DNA of 54,979 bases, taken from an uncultured Bacillota bacterium. GTDB taxonomy: Bacteria > Bacillota > Clostridia > Christensenellales > Borkfalkiaceae. Location: contig CASETU010000016.1 in NCBI GenBank assembly GCA_949290895.1, forward strand, positions 1 through 54,979, written 5' to 3'. The notes beneath the pieces are model-generated. The model saw only the letters and a list, made by a program, of their open reading frames with translations. It was not told the origin of the DNA and did no database searches. Positions 28,063 to 36,527 of this stretch are shown piece by piece (within the stretch, counting starts at the first letter, position 1; every line of letters begins with the position of its first letter). Position numbers and translations under genes: made by a program.

Positions 28063-28071
28063 ATTATAGCA
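28063..28071 (-). promoter_or_regulatory. extended -10 element placed for a leaderless cca mRNA
   Basis: Minus strand aTGcTATAAT-aatttt-ATG. The -10 box lies 6 nt from the start codon, there is no SD, and there is no good -35 box. Confidence 0.5.
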
Positions 28072-28173
28072 TAAAAGTTGTAATTTTGCCGAAAATGTAG
28101 TAAACTTTATTTATATAATTTTTTCGGGACGGTTTACGGGCAAAAACTTGCCCTTATTTTTTGAAAGGAAATC

Positions 28174-29043
28174 ATGGAACTCGACATCATCTACAACCCC
28201 TATGCGGGCGGCGAAAAAAAAATGGCGAAAAACCTCGCGATCTTAGAGCAAAAGCTCAAAAGCGAAAACGTCGCCTACCGCCTGCACAAGAGCGAATATC
28301 CGAAACACGCCATCGCGCTGACGCAGGCGGCGATAAAAAACGGTGCAAAAACCGTCGTCGCCATGGGCGGCGACGGCACGTTGAACGAAGTGGTCAACGG
28401 TCTTTGCGATTTTGAAAACATCACATTCGGACTGATACCCTGCGGGACGGGCAACGATTTTGCTGGGCACCTGCATATCCCCGAAGACGTGGAAGCCGCG
28501 CTGGACATCATATTGAAAAAAGAGGCGAAATACATAGATTTTATTCAGATGCCGAACCTTCGCGCCATCAACGTGGTGGGCATGGGGATAGACGTGGAAG
28601 TTCTTAAACTTTATTCCAAGCTGGAAAAAAAGACGAAAATCGGCTATACGAACTGCCTGCTCCGCACCCTGTTCACTTATAAATGCGTGAAATTTACTTC
28701 CGAAACCAACGGCGTAAAGCGGGAACACAAGGCGTTTTTAGCCTGCGTCGCCAACGCCAGCATGATCGGCGGCGGCATGAAGATATCCCCCGCTTCCGAC
28801 GTGCAGGACGGCAAAATCAATTTCGTTTACGTCGACGAGATCAAGGGACTGAAAATTCTGCCCGCGCTGATGAAATTCAAAAAAGGCAAACTGCTTTCCC
28901 TGCCGCAGGCACATTCCGAACTTTGCGACAAAATCACCATCGAAAGCGAAAAATACTCCACATTAAACGTGGACGGCGAACTTTACGAAAACCAGCCGTT
29001 TTCCGCAGAAGTTATCCACAACACCTTGAAAATGCACCGTTAA
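28174..29043 (+). CDS. diacylglycerol/lipid kinase family protein (YegS/BmrU type)
   Basis: 289 aa, ...VVAMGGDGTLNEVVNGL...GLIPCGTGNDFA... Confidence 0.9.
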   Translation: MELDIIYNPYAGGEKKMAKNLAILEQKLKSENVAYRLHKSEYPKHAIALTQAAIKNGAKTVVAMGGDGTLNEVVNGLCDFENITFGLIPCGTGNDFAGHLHIPEDVEAALDIILKKEAKYIDFIQMPNLRAINVVGMGIDVEVLKLYSKLEKKTKIGYTNCLLRTLFTYKCVKFTSETNGVKREHKAFLACVANASMIGGGMKISPASDVQDGKINFVYVDEIKGLKILPALMKFKKGKLLSLPQAHSELCDKITIESEKYSTLNVDGELYENQPFSAEVIHNTLKMHR

Positions 29044-29085
29044 AAGATTTTTCTCGCAAACAAACTAAACATCGATTTAAAATGC

Positions 29086-29125
29086 AAAACGCTTTCGGCT
29101 AAAACCGAAAGCGTTTTTTCTATTT
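29086..29125. terminator. bidirectional rho-independent terminator
   Basis: AAAACGCTTTCGG-ctaaaa-CCGAAAGCGTTTT with T-runs in both orientations, between convergent genes. Confidence 0.85.
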
Positions 29126-29145
29126 TGTAATACGCCTTTTCAAAA

Positions 29146-29472
29146 TCAAGTTGGTGCGGGCAGCGCGCCCCCCACGGCGAGAGCCGTAAATATTATTATA
29201 AAAATAATGAAATAAAGCAGCACAACCGCCGCGCTGACGATAACGCTGATCAGCGCGCCATTTCCGCAGGATTTCGCTTTCAGGGGATATTCGCTCTGCC
29301 ATACGAGATACAAAATAAACCCGACAAGCGGAAAGAAAAAACCGAGTACCGCAAAACCTGCGTTCGGCGCGTCGATTTCCGAACTTTTCCGCTGTTCTTC
29401 CACGCGCAAACCGCATTTCGGACAAATCTCCGCCCGATCGTCTATCTGTGCGCCGCAATATTTACAAAACAT
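29146..29472 (-). CDS. zinc-ribbon / two-TM small membrane protein, paralog 1
   Basis: 108 aa, MFCKYCGAQIDDRAEICPKCG...NAGFAVLGFFFPLVGFILYLVWQSEYPLKAKSCGNGAL... Confidence 0.85.
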   Translation of the reverse strand: MFCKYCGAQIDDRAEICPKCGLRVEEQRKSSEIDAPNAGFAVLGFFFPLVGFILYLVWQSEYPLKAKSCGNGALISVIVSAAVVLLYFIIFIIIFTALAVGGALPAPT

Positions 29473-29487
29473 ATTTCACCTCGTTTT

Positions 29488-29795
29488 TCATGCGCCAACC
29501 GCCGCCATGTAACGACTTAATAATATAACGTATAAAATTACCGTTAAAATCGTAATCACGGCTTCCGTGATAACGCCGGCAAGAGCGCCTTTCCCGCAGG
29601 ACTTCGCTTTTAAGGGGAAATCCTTTTGCCACACCAAATACAAAATCAATCCGAAAGGGGAAAGAAGAAACACAGCACCGCAAAACCCGTGCTGGAAGCG
29701 TCCCCCGTAGGGTGAAATTCACGAAGACGCGTGCCGCAATGCGGACAAATGTCCTTTTGCGCGTCTACCGGCATACCGCAATTTTTACAAAACAT
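29488..29795 (-). pseudogene. zinc-ribbon / two-TM paralog 2, disrupted by a 1-nt frameshift
   Basis: From ATG 29795 the frame reads MFCKNCGMPVDAQKDICPHCG...GFAVLCFFFPLSD-stop. The +1 frame continues PFGLILYLVWQKDFPLKAKSCGKGAL... to 29488. The paralogs read FFFPL-x-G, so one nt is missing near 29651-29657. The 308-nt length is not a multiple of 3. Confidence 0.75.
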
Positions 29796-29838
29796 ACCCC
29801 ACCTCGACTATCAAACCGTTCCGAAAACAGTTTTTTCT

Positions 29839-30171
29839 TTAATAATACGTGCCGGGGTTATTAGCCGCGATGCAACCTGCCGCCGCAACGATGATGACAA
29901 CATACAAAATGGAAAGCACGATCCCTACGATAAAGCCGATGAGCGCGCCTTTTCCGCAGGATTTCGCTTTCAACGGATAATCCGCTTTCCAGACAAGGTA
30001 CAAAATCAACCCGATGAGCGGAAAGAAAAACCCGAGTACCGCAAAGCCTGCATTCGGTGCGTCGTCGTTCGCGTGCGTAGGCGACGCACTCTGCGGGTTA
30101 ACCCGCACTCCGCATTTCGGACAGATTTCCGCTCTGTCGTCGATTTCAGAACCGCAATTTCTACAAAACAT
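29839..30171 (-). CDS. zinc-ribbon / two-TM small membrane protein, paralog 3
   Basis: Track ORF trimmed to ATG 30171 (MFCRNCGSEIDDRAEICPKCG...), which follows GGGAGGAG. 110 aa, very similar to paralog 1. Confidence 0.85.
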   Translation of the reverse strand: MFCRNCGSEIDDRAEICPKCGVRVNPQSASPTHANDDAPNAGFAVLGFFFPLIGLILYLVWKADYPLKAKSCGKGALIGFIVGIVLSILYVVIIVAAAGCIAANNPGTYY

Positions 30172-30211
30172 AACATCTCCTCCCAAATAATATATTTTAT
30201 TAGATAGTTTC

Positions 30212-30240
30212 ATTATATATGCGTTAACGTAATTTGTCAA
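30212..30240 (-). promoter_or_regulatory. consensus sigma-A promoter of the zinc-ribbon array
   Basis: Minus strand TTGACA (30235-30240), 17-nt spacer, TATAAT (30212-30217). Preceded by reiterated TATTGAAAA motifs. Confidence 0.8.
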
Positions 30241-30354
30241 TACAAATTTTCAATACTTTTTCAATAAATCTTTTTTCTAAAAAATTCACGCCGCCTTTTT
30301 TCAAATAACCTAAGCCTTCAATTTTACGCCGAAAACGCCGAAGAACTTATATGC

Positions 30355-30393
30355 ATAAAAAATGCGGCGTCGGCAAATACTTGCCGACGCCGC
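30355..30393 (-). terminator. rho-independent terminator after icd
   Basis: Stem GCGGCGTCGGCAA/TTGCCGACGCCGC (30364-30393), followed on the minus strand by ATTTTTTAT. Confidence 0.85.
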
Positions 30394-30399
30394 AGTCTC

Positions 30400-31599
30400 T
30401 TATAACCTTTTTGCGATCGCCTGTAAAAACGCCTTGCTTTCCAGCTTTTTCGGCGTAACGCCTTCCTTTTTGAAGAGCGGGACCAGATCGCCCGTCATCT
30501 CGCCTTGTTCAATGGTGTCGAGGGTGGCTTTTTCCAACCGTTCCGCAAACTTTTCGAGCGCCGCGTTTTGATCCAGCTCGCCGCGCTTTTTCAGCGCGCC
30601 CGTCCAGGCGAAGATCGTCGCTACGGGGTTAGTGGAAGTTTCCTCCCCTTTGATGTACTTATAATAATGCCGCGTGACCGTGCCGTGCGCCGCCTCGTAT
30701 TCGTAAATCCCGTCGGGAGAAACGAGCACGGAGGTCATCATCGCCAGCGAACCGTATGCCGTGGCCACCATATCGCTCATCACGTCGCCGTCGTAGTTTT
30801 TGCAAGCCCACACCACGCCGCCTTCCGAGCGGACGATGCGCGCGACCACGTCGTCGATGAGGGTATACATGTATTCGATACCCGCTTTTGCAAACTTTTC
30901 CTTATATTCGTTTTCGTAAACTTCCGCGAAAATATCCTTAAAGCGGTGGTCGTACACCTTGCTTATCGTGTCCTTCGTGGAAAACCACAGGGGCATTTTC
31001 ACGTCGAGCGCGTAATTAAAGCAAGCGCGGGCGAAAGAATAAATCGATTTATCGGTATTGTGCATGCCCATAACGACACCGTCGTCGCCGAAATCGTGCA
31101 CGGTAAGGCGCGTTTCTTTGCCGTCCTTATCGGTGAAAACAAGCTCCGCCTTGCCTGCGCCTACCTTCATATCCACAGCCTTGTAAATATCGCCGTACGC
31201 GTGACGCGCGATGACGATGGGCTTTTTCCACGTGGGGATATAGGGCGTGATGCCGTCGAGCAGAATGGGCGCGCGGAACACCGTGCCGTCCAGCGCGGCA
31301 CGAATGGTGCCGTTGGGGCTCTTCCACATCTTCTTTAAGTTATATTCTTCCACGCGCTGCGCGTTGGGCGTAATGGTGGCGCACTTGACCGCCACGCCGT
31401 ATTTTTTGGTGGCTTCGGCGGAATCGAGGGTCACTTTATCCTCCGTTTCGTCGCGGTGTTTCAGTCCCAAATCGTAATATTCCGTCTTTAATTCCACATA
31501 CGGCTCGATTAAAATTTCCTTAATCCACTGCCAGAGAATCCTCGTCATCTCGTCGCCGTCCATTTCCACGAGCGGCGTAGTCATTTTAATCTTTTCCAT
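30400..31599 (-). CDS. icd: NADP-dependent isocitrate dehydrogenase (eukaryote-like subfamily II)
   Basis: 399 aa, ...[23 protein letters not shown]...KCATITPN... GGAGGGAG RBS. Confidence 0.93.
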   Translation of the reverse strand: MEKIKMTTPLVEMDGDEMTRILWQWIKEILIEPYVELKTEYYDLGLKHRDETEDKVTLDSAEATKKYGVAVKCATITPNAQRVEEYNLKKMWKSPNGTIRAALDGTVFRAPILLDGITPYIPTWKKPIVIARHAYGDIYKAVDMKVGAGKAELVFTDKDGKETRLTVHDFGDDGVVMGMHNTDKSIYSFARACFNYALDVKMPLWFSTKDTISKVYDHRFKDIFAEVYENEYKEKFAKAGIEYMYTLIDDVVARIVRSEGGVVWACKNYDGDVMSDMVATAYGSLAMMTSVLVSPDGIYEYEAAHGTVTRHYYKYIKGEETSTNPVATIFAWTGALKKRGELDQNAALEKFAERLEKATLDTIEQGEMTGDLVPLFKKEGVTPKKLESKAFLQAIAKRL

Positions 31600-31625
31600 T
31601 GCTCCCTCCGTCTTTCTTTTGTATT

Positions 31626-31654
31626 ATTTTACTAAATCCGCCGCAAAATGTCAA
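31626..31654 (-). promoter_or_regulatory. sigma-A promoter of icd
   Basis: Minus strand TTGACA (31649-31654), 17-nt spacer, TAAAAT (31626-31631). Confidence 0.7.
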
Positions 31655-31693
31655 AGCGTTTGCAAGGCAGATGAAGAATTTCCCGCAAAAGCG

Positions 31694-32797
31694 CTATCTG
31701 TTTTTGCCGCCTTTCGCGCTCTTTCCGCCCGCGGATTGAAGTATGTTGCAGTCGAAACGGCGTATCAGCGTCATACGGCGGTTAAAGTTTTCGCAAGCTT
31801 CGGAAATGAGCTCGTCGAGCATGGCGGAAAATTCCGAAAAGGTATCGCAGAAAAGATAATACGCCATCGAGCCGGGCACGGAGTTGACTTCGTTGACGTA
31901 CACCGCGCCGTCGCACAGCAGATAGTCGACGCGTATCACGCTGGAGCAGTCCAGCCCTTCATATATTTTTTCCGTAAGCGAACGTATCTTATCGGAAAGC
32001 TTTTTGGATATCGGCGCGGGGAAAATCCGTTCTCCCTTAACGTATTTGTCTTCAAAGGTAAGAAAACGGTTGGACGTTGCGGGCATTTCGCATTCGGAAA
32101 CGACGATCTTTCCGCCCGCGCGGTACGCCGCGGCGTTGATTTCCACCTTGCCCGCGGCAAATTTTTCGATGAGAACCTTGTCGTCGAACTTCTTCGCCTT
32201 GTTGACGCTGCGCTCCAGCTCGGCGAGCGTTTCCGCCTTGTTCACCCCCACGGACGAACCCTGCCTTGCGGGCTTTACCATCAGCGGATAACCGAGCTTT
32301 TCCCCCACGGCTTTCAGATCGGTATCTTCCCGAAGCACCTCGAAGGGCATGGTCTTGACCCCTAAGCCTTTCAGATAATACTTTGCCGCCACTTTGTCGA
32401 GGGCAACGGAAGACGCCGCCAGCGGCGAACCGACCAGCGGGATCGAGCACAGCTCCGCCACCGCGGCGAGACAGCCGTCCTCGCCGCGTTCCCCGTGCAT
32501 GCAGTTGACGATGCACTTCGGTTTGCAAAGCGGCTTGAGCTTTTTGCCCCTGACCACCTTATAAAGCGTATTGTCCCCAGCGACGAGAGTCACTTGCGCG
32601 GGCATGCGCGCTTTTTGGGTATACCAGCCGACGTCGAACAGCTCTTCCCCGCTATACCAGCTGCCCTCCCGCGAAACGTATACGGGATACACGTTATATT
32701 TTTCCTTGTCCAGCGAACCCGCCGTCATCACGCCCGTCAGAACGGAAATATCGTGCTCCGTGCTCTGTCCGCCGAAAAACACCAGAATATCTTTCAT
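31694..32797 (-). CDS. ddl: D-alanine--D-alanine ligase
   Basis: 367 aa, MKDILVFFGGQSTEHDISVLTG...ATP-grasp...GSMAYYLF. GGAGGTG RBS. Confidence 0.92.
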   Translation of the reverse strand: MKDILVFFGGQSTEHDISVLTGVMTAGSLDKEKYNVYPVYVSREGSWYSGEELFDVGWYTQKARMPAQVTLVAGDNTLYKVVRGKKLKPLCKPKCIVNCMHGERGEDGCLAAVAELCSIPLVGSPLAASSVALDKVAAKYYLKGLGVKTMPFEVLREDTDLKAVGEKLGYPLMVKPARQGSSVGVNKAETLAELERSVNKAKKFDDKVLIEKFAAGKVEINAAAYRAGGKIVVSECEMPATSNRFLTFEDKYVKGERIFPAPISKKLSDKIRSLTEKIYEGLDCSSVIRVDYLLCDGAVYVNEVNSVPGSMAYYLFCDTFSEFSAMLDELISEACENFNRRMTLIRRFDCNILQSAGGKSAKGGKNR

Positions 32798-32948
32798 AAA
32801 AAAACACCTCCGCTTTTTTGATTGCTTTGGTGTTTCGTATGTATTTTATAAACTTTTTCCGCGGCGTCCTTTCGCCGACGACTGCGGCGAAAACAAGGCG
32901 CGCCCCCATTCGTTCGGCGGCAAATGCCGCCCGCGCGGCGCTCAGGAG

Positions 32949-33021
32949 TTTTGCGGCACGCAACGCCTTTTTACGGCAGCGCAGTTTTTTACGATGTCGC
33001 AATCTTTTTTACGTCGTCGCG
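32949..33021. repeat. four imperfect ~19-bp direct repeats with phased T-tracts (murF-ddl intergenic)
   Basis: TTTTgcggcacgcaacgcc / TTTTTacggcagcgcag / TTTTTTacgatgtcgcaatc / TTTTTTacgtcgtcgcgac. T-runs start at 32949, 32968, 32985 and 33005. Confidence 0.7.
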
Positions 33022-33057
33022 ACTTATCGAAAACTTCTGCCCGCCCCAAACGCGGTT

Positions 33058-34728
33058 TCAGCAATAGGTATCGGGCAAATCGTTTTCAAAAAGCACCACG
33101 TCGCCCGCGCGCATGATTTCGTTGAGCATGGCGTTGCCCTTTTCCAAAGACTTTGCAAAGAGTACGTCTTCGTTGCCCCTGCCGCCTTCGTACCAGCCCT
33201 TGATGAGCATTTCCGCGTTATGCCTGCCGATGACGATGAGTTTATCCGCCACGGCGGCGATTGCCTTACCCATCTCGTAGTTGGCGATGTTTTCCTCCTT
33301 GCCCAGCTCCACCAGCCCCGGCGTAAGCACGATCTTTCTGCCCTCGAAGGAGGAAAGCACTTCCAGCGCGGCGTGCACGCCGTCGCGGTTGGAGTTATAC
33401 GAATCGTCGATGATGCGGATATCCTTGTTGTTGGTCACCATCTCCAGACGGTGTTCCACGGCTTTCAGACGGTTGATGCCCCCCGCGATCTCTTTCGGGG
33501 AAAGCCCGATTTTATACGCGACCGCCGCCGCAAGGCATATATTACTGATATTATGCTTTCCGAGCAGCGTTGTGTTACACTTTACCGCCTTTTCGCCCTC
33601 AATCTTCAGATAAAAAGACGTGCCGCCCTCGCCGACGGAAATCTGTTCCGCATGCACCAATCCGCCCGATATGCCCGCCAAAAATTTGTTGCATTTCGCG
33701 TTGCCGTAAAGTTCTTTGGAAATTTCGTTATCCGAACTGAAAAAACCGAACGCCGTTTCGGGCAGGTTTTCAAACAGCTCGAATTTGGTTTGCTTGATGT
33801 TCTCCTCCGTCTTGAAGGTCTCGAGGTGTTGATTGTTCACCCCCGTAAGCACGGCGTACTGCGGCTTGACGAGGCTTGCAAGGTCGGAAATATCCCCTAC
33901 ATGGCGCGCGCCCATTTCCGCGATGAACACGTCGTGCGTGCTGTCCAGCTTTTTCGCCGTCAGCGCGACGCCGAGCGGCGTATTATAAGATTCCGGCGTG
34001 GCGAGCACGCGGTATTTTTGCGAAAGCAAAGTGGTGAGAATGTTTTTCACGCCCGTCTTTCCGTAACTGCCCGTGATGCCGATCTTCATGCAGTCGGACT
34101 TTTCCAAAATGCGCCGCGTGCGATTGATGTAGCGGCGGTTGTTCCAGTTTTCGAAAGGCGCGTTGACGAGCGCGGCGAGCATGAGCACCAGCGGCGCCAG
34201 AATAGGCGTGACGCAGAACACCGAATACATCAGCAAGGACACGATGCGGTCCTTGATGAGATAGGCGACGAGGTTTGCCAGCGTGAGCACGCCGAACGTC
34301 ATTGCGAACACGAAAAACATATAGGTGACGCAAAGCCGCACCATGCGGCGGGTCTTTTTGAGGTGCATTTTCGCATTGACGTGCTGCTCGGTGTTGATGT
34401 ACACCGCCACGAACAAAATGTACGCAACAAATCCCACGTACGACGCGGCGGTTTCCCCCACGACGGGCGCAAAGGTCATCGCCAGCACGCAGAAGAACAA
34501 AAACGCCAGCAAACACAAGAGCGAAAGCCTTGCGATATACTGATTGTTACGGCTCATGAACCATTTGGAATATTCCCGCTTTTTATAGCCGCACTGCTGA
34601 AAGGCGAGCAAAAACTTTGCCGAAGAAAACAGCAATAACACGCAGTTTAAAAGGCATATCGAGATATAGACCAGCAACAATTTCCAGTCGTACAGCGCGG
34701 CAAAACTTTCCGCTTTCATGATCGGCAT
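33058..34728 (-). CDS. murF: MurF-like UDP-MurNAc-tripeptide--D-Ala-D-Ala ligase fused to an N-terminal ~195-aa polytopic membrane domain
   Basis: 556 aa. About five hydrophobic helices in residues 1-195, then KIGITGSYGKTGVKNILTTLL...ESYNTPLGVALT... Mur ligase core. AAGGAG RBS. Adjacent to ddl. Confidence 0.8.
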   Translation of the reverse strand: MPIMKAESFAALYDWKLLLVYISICLLNCVLLLFSSAKFLLAFQQCGYKKREYSKWFMSRNNQYIARLSLLCLLAFLFFCVLAMTFAPVVGETAASYVGFVAYILFVAVYINTEQHVNAKMHLKKTRRMVRLCVTYMFFVFAMTFGVLTLANLVAYLIKDRIVSLLMYSVFCVTPILAPLVLMLAALVNAPFENWNNRRYINRTRRILEKSDCMKIGITGSYGKTGVKNILTTLLSQKYRVLATPESYNTPLGVALTAKKLDSTHDVFIAEMGARHVGDISDLASLVKPQYAVLTGVNNQHLETFKTEENIKQTKFELFENLPETAFGFFSSDNEISKELYGNAKCNKFLAGISGGLVHAEQISVGEGGTSFYLKIEGEKAVKCNTTLLGKHNISNICLAAAVAYKIGLSPKEIAGGINRLKAVEHRLEMVTNNKDIRIIDDSYNSNRDGVHAALEVLSSFEGRKIVLTPGLVELGKEENIANYEMGKAIAAVADKLIVIGRHNAEMLIKGWYEGGRGNEDVLFAKSLEKGNAMLNEIMRAGDVVLFENDLPDTYC

Positions 34729-34732
34729 GGCA

Positions 34733-35422
34733 CTACTCCTTATTTGCGAGTAAAAATTCCCTTACGGGGTAATTGAACGCGGCGGGGTTTTCCGCAAAAC
34801 AGAAATGCCCCGCGTTTTTTATCACGATGAGGCGGCTGTCTGAAATCAGTTTACGGTAACGTTTCGCCATGTAAAGGGGCGTTTCGCCGTCTTTTTCGCC
34901 GTAAACGAGCAAGGTTGGGTTTTGCACCCGTGCCGCATATTTTTCAAGATGTTCGCCCACGATCTTCACGAAACTTTGCCGCATGACCTCGCCTAGCATG
35001 CGATAATCGGAAGAATAATATTTTTCCAGCCGTTCCCTCGGCAGAAAACGTTTCATCACGCGAAAGCGCAGTTTTTTGACGCGGTAAGCGAGCGTGCGGC
35101 GCGGCTTCATGCCCGCCGCCCCCGTCAGCACCAGCGAAGAAAAAAGCGTTGTATCCTGCGCCGCCGCCTTGACGGCGATGCGCGCGCCGAAGGAATGAGC
35201 GATCACGTGCGGGCGGACGATACGGTTTTTATCCATAAATTCCCTAACGAACGCGATGTAATCGTCCAGCGCGTAGGGATAAGGCATATAATCGTTTTTT
35301 TCGAACCCCGGCAAATCGAAGGAAAAACATTCGAATTGCCGCGAAAAAAACTTTACCTGCGCGGCAAAAGCGTCTTTATTTGACAAATAGCCGTGCAAAA
35401 ACACCAACTGTTTTTTTTCCAT
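34733..35422 (-). CDS. alpha/beta hydrolase
   Basis: Track ORF trimmed to ATG 35422 (MEKKQLVFLHGYLS...), which follows GGAGGTG. Nucleophile elbow AHSFGA. 229 aa. Confidence 0.85.
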   Translation of the reverse strand: MEKKQLVFLHGYLSNKDAFAAQVKFFSRQFECFSFDLPGFEKNDYMPYPYALDDYIAFVREFMDKNRIVRPHVIAHSFGARIAVKAAAQDTTLFSSLVLTGAAGMKPRRTLAYRVKKLRFRVMKRFLPRERLEKYYSSDYRMLGEVMRQSFVKIVGEHLEKYAARVQNPTLLVYGEKDGETPLYMAKRYRKLISDSRLIVIKNAGHFCFAENPAAFNYPVREFLLANKE

Positions 35423-35487
35423 ATTCACCTCCGAGCGCGGGCAAAGCTTGCATTTTCTTCCGCTTTTTCCTCTTCGGTGAATTGAAA

Positions 35488-35922
35488 TCAAAACCTCTTG
35501 AGCATGACGTCGGCGTTTTCGCCGTCCTTATAATATTTTTTTCGTTGCGAAATTTTCTCGAATCCGTATTTTTCGTAAAGCGATATGGCGGGGCAATTGC
35601 TCTCCCGTACCTCCAAAAATAGCTTTTTCAGCTCCCGCGCGGCGCATTCTTTCATCAACTCGTCCATCAGCGCCTTCCCCACGCCCTGCCGACGCAAATG
35701 CTTTGCGACCAGCACGAGCTCGAGATCCGCCTCGTCCAGATTGAACCCGATCGCCGCCACGCCGACGATCTCCCCTTTCTCTTCCGCCAGAACGCCGTAA
35801 AAGCGTTCGCTCAAAAACGATTCCGCGAGCATGTTGTAGTTCCAGCGGTCGGGAAAGCCTTCTTTGATCTGGAACTCCGCTATCTCGCTTATGTCGGTAT
35901 ACTTCCAACGCCTGAATTTCAT
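35488..35922 (-). CDS. rimI: ribosomal-protein-alanine N-acetyltransferase (GNAT)
   Basis: 144 aa, ...VAKHLRRQGVGKALMDEL... Downstream of tsaB, as in the tsaE-tsaB-rimI operon. Confidence 0.85.
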   Translation of the reverse strand: MKFRRWKYTDISEIAEFQIKEGFPDRWNYNMLAESFLSERFYGVLAEEKGEIVGVAAIGFNLDEADLELVLVAKHLRRQGVGKALMDELMKECAARELKKLFLEVRESNCPAISLYEKYGFEKISQRKKYYKDGENADVMLKRF

Positions 35923-36527
35923 CGTCCTTCTTCCGCCTGCGATTTTCTGATATACAAGGGCGTGAGCGCGCTTTCTTCAAAGGTCATTTCGCTTTGTTTC
36001 GCCTCGATGGCTGCACGGAACCCCGCCGCCGTATCGCAAAGATATTTTCTGTGCGGAACGTCGTCCGCCGAGGCGACGGCTGCCTCCTTGCAAAGCGCTT
36101 CGTATTCTTCCCGCCCGACGAATTTCGCTTCGCCCGCGGGCACGGTGCCGATGTATTTTTGCACGTAATAGGCGTCGTGCCGCGCGTCGATGACGCAGAG
36201 CAGCGCGCCTTTTTCTTTAACATCGTATGCCAGCGCGTCGAAAGATGTTATCCTGAGATAGGGTTTTTTTACGGCAAACGCAAACGCGCGCACCGTGGAA
36301 ACCCCGATACGTACCCCCGTAAACGAACCCGCACCCACCGTGCAGGCGAAAAAGTCCATATCCGAAAGCTTTGCGCCCGCGCCTTCCAAAAGCGCTTTTA
36401 CACGGGGAACGAGCTCGACGGAATGATTCACGCCGCAATCGGGATCGACATAAGAATAATCTTTGCCGTTCGCTTTGAGCAATATCGTCAGCTGTTTTCC
36501 GCAGGTATCGATGCCGAGCCAGTTCAT
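35919..36527 (-). CDS. tsaB: tRNA t6A37 threonylcarbamoyltransferase complex dimerisation subunit TsaB
   Basis: 202 aa, MNWLGIDTCGKQLTILL...GAGSFTGVRIGVSTV... Confidence 0.9.
   Translation of the reverse strand: MNWLGIDTCGKQLTILLKANGKDYSYVDPDCGVNHSVELVPRVKALLEGAGAKLSDMDFFACTVGAGSFTGVRIGVSTVRAFAFAVKKPYLRITSFDALAYDVKEKGALLCVIDARHDAYYVQKYIGTVPAGEAKFVGREEYEALCKEAAVASADDVPHRKYLCDTAAGFRAAIEAKQSEMTFEESALTPLYIRKSQAEEGR

Noticed and set aside
29462-29722. 86-aa minus-strand ORF within the second zinc-ribbon paralog
   Set aside because: This is the third reading frame across the frameshifted paralog. The two frames that match the intact paralogs explain the locus better.
32818-34638. 606-aa plus-strand ORF opposite the murF-like gene
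   Set aside because: It is antisense to a gene with clear Mur ligase motifs. It has low-complexity Arg/His-rich content, no RBS and no recognisable domain.
31694-34728. ddl plus murF-like pair as a vancomycin-resistance-type (van) cassette
   Set aside because: No vanH, vanX, vanY or vanRS-like genes lie adjacent. The neighbours are icd and a hydrolase/tsa operon. The D-Ala-D-Ala versus D-Ala-D-Lac/Ser specificity of this Ddl cannot be judged by eye.
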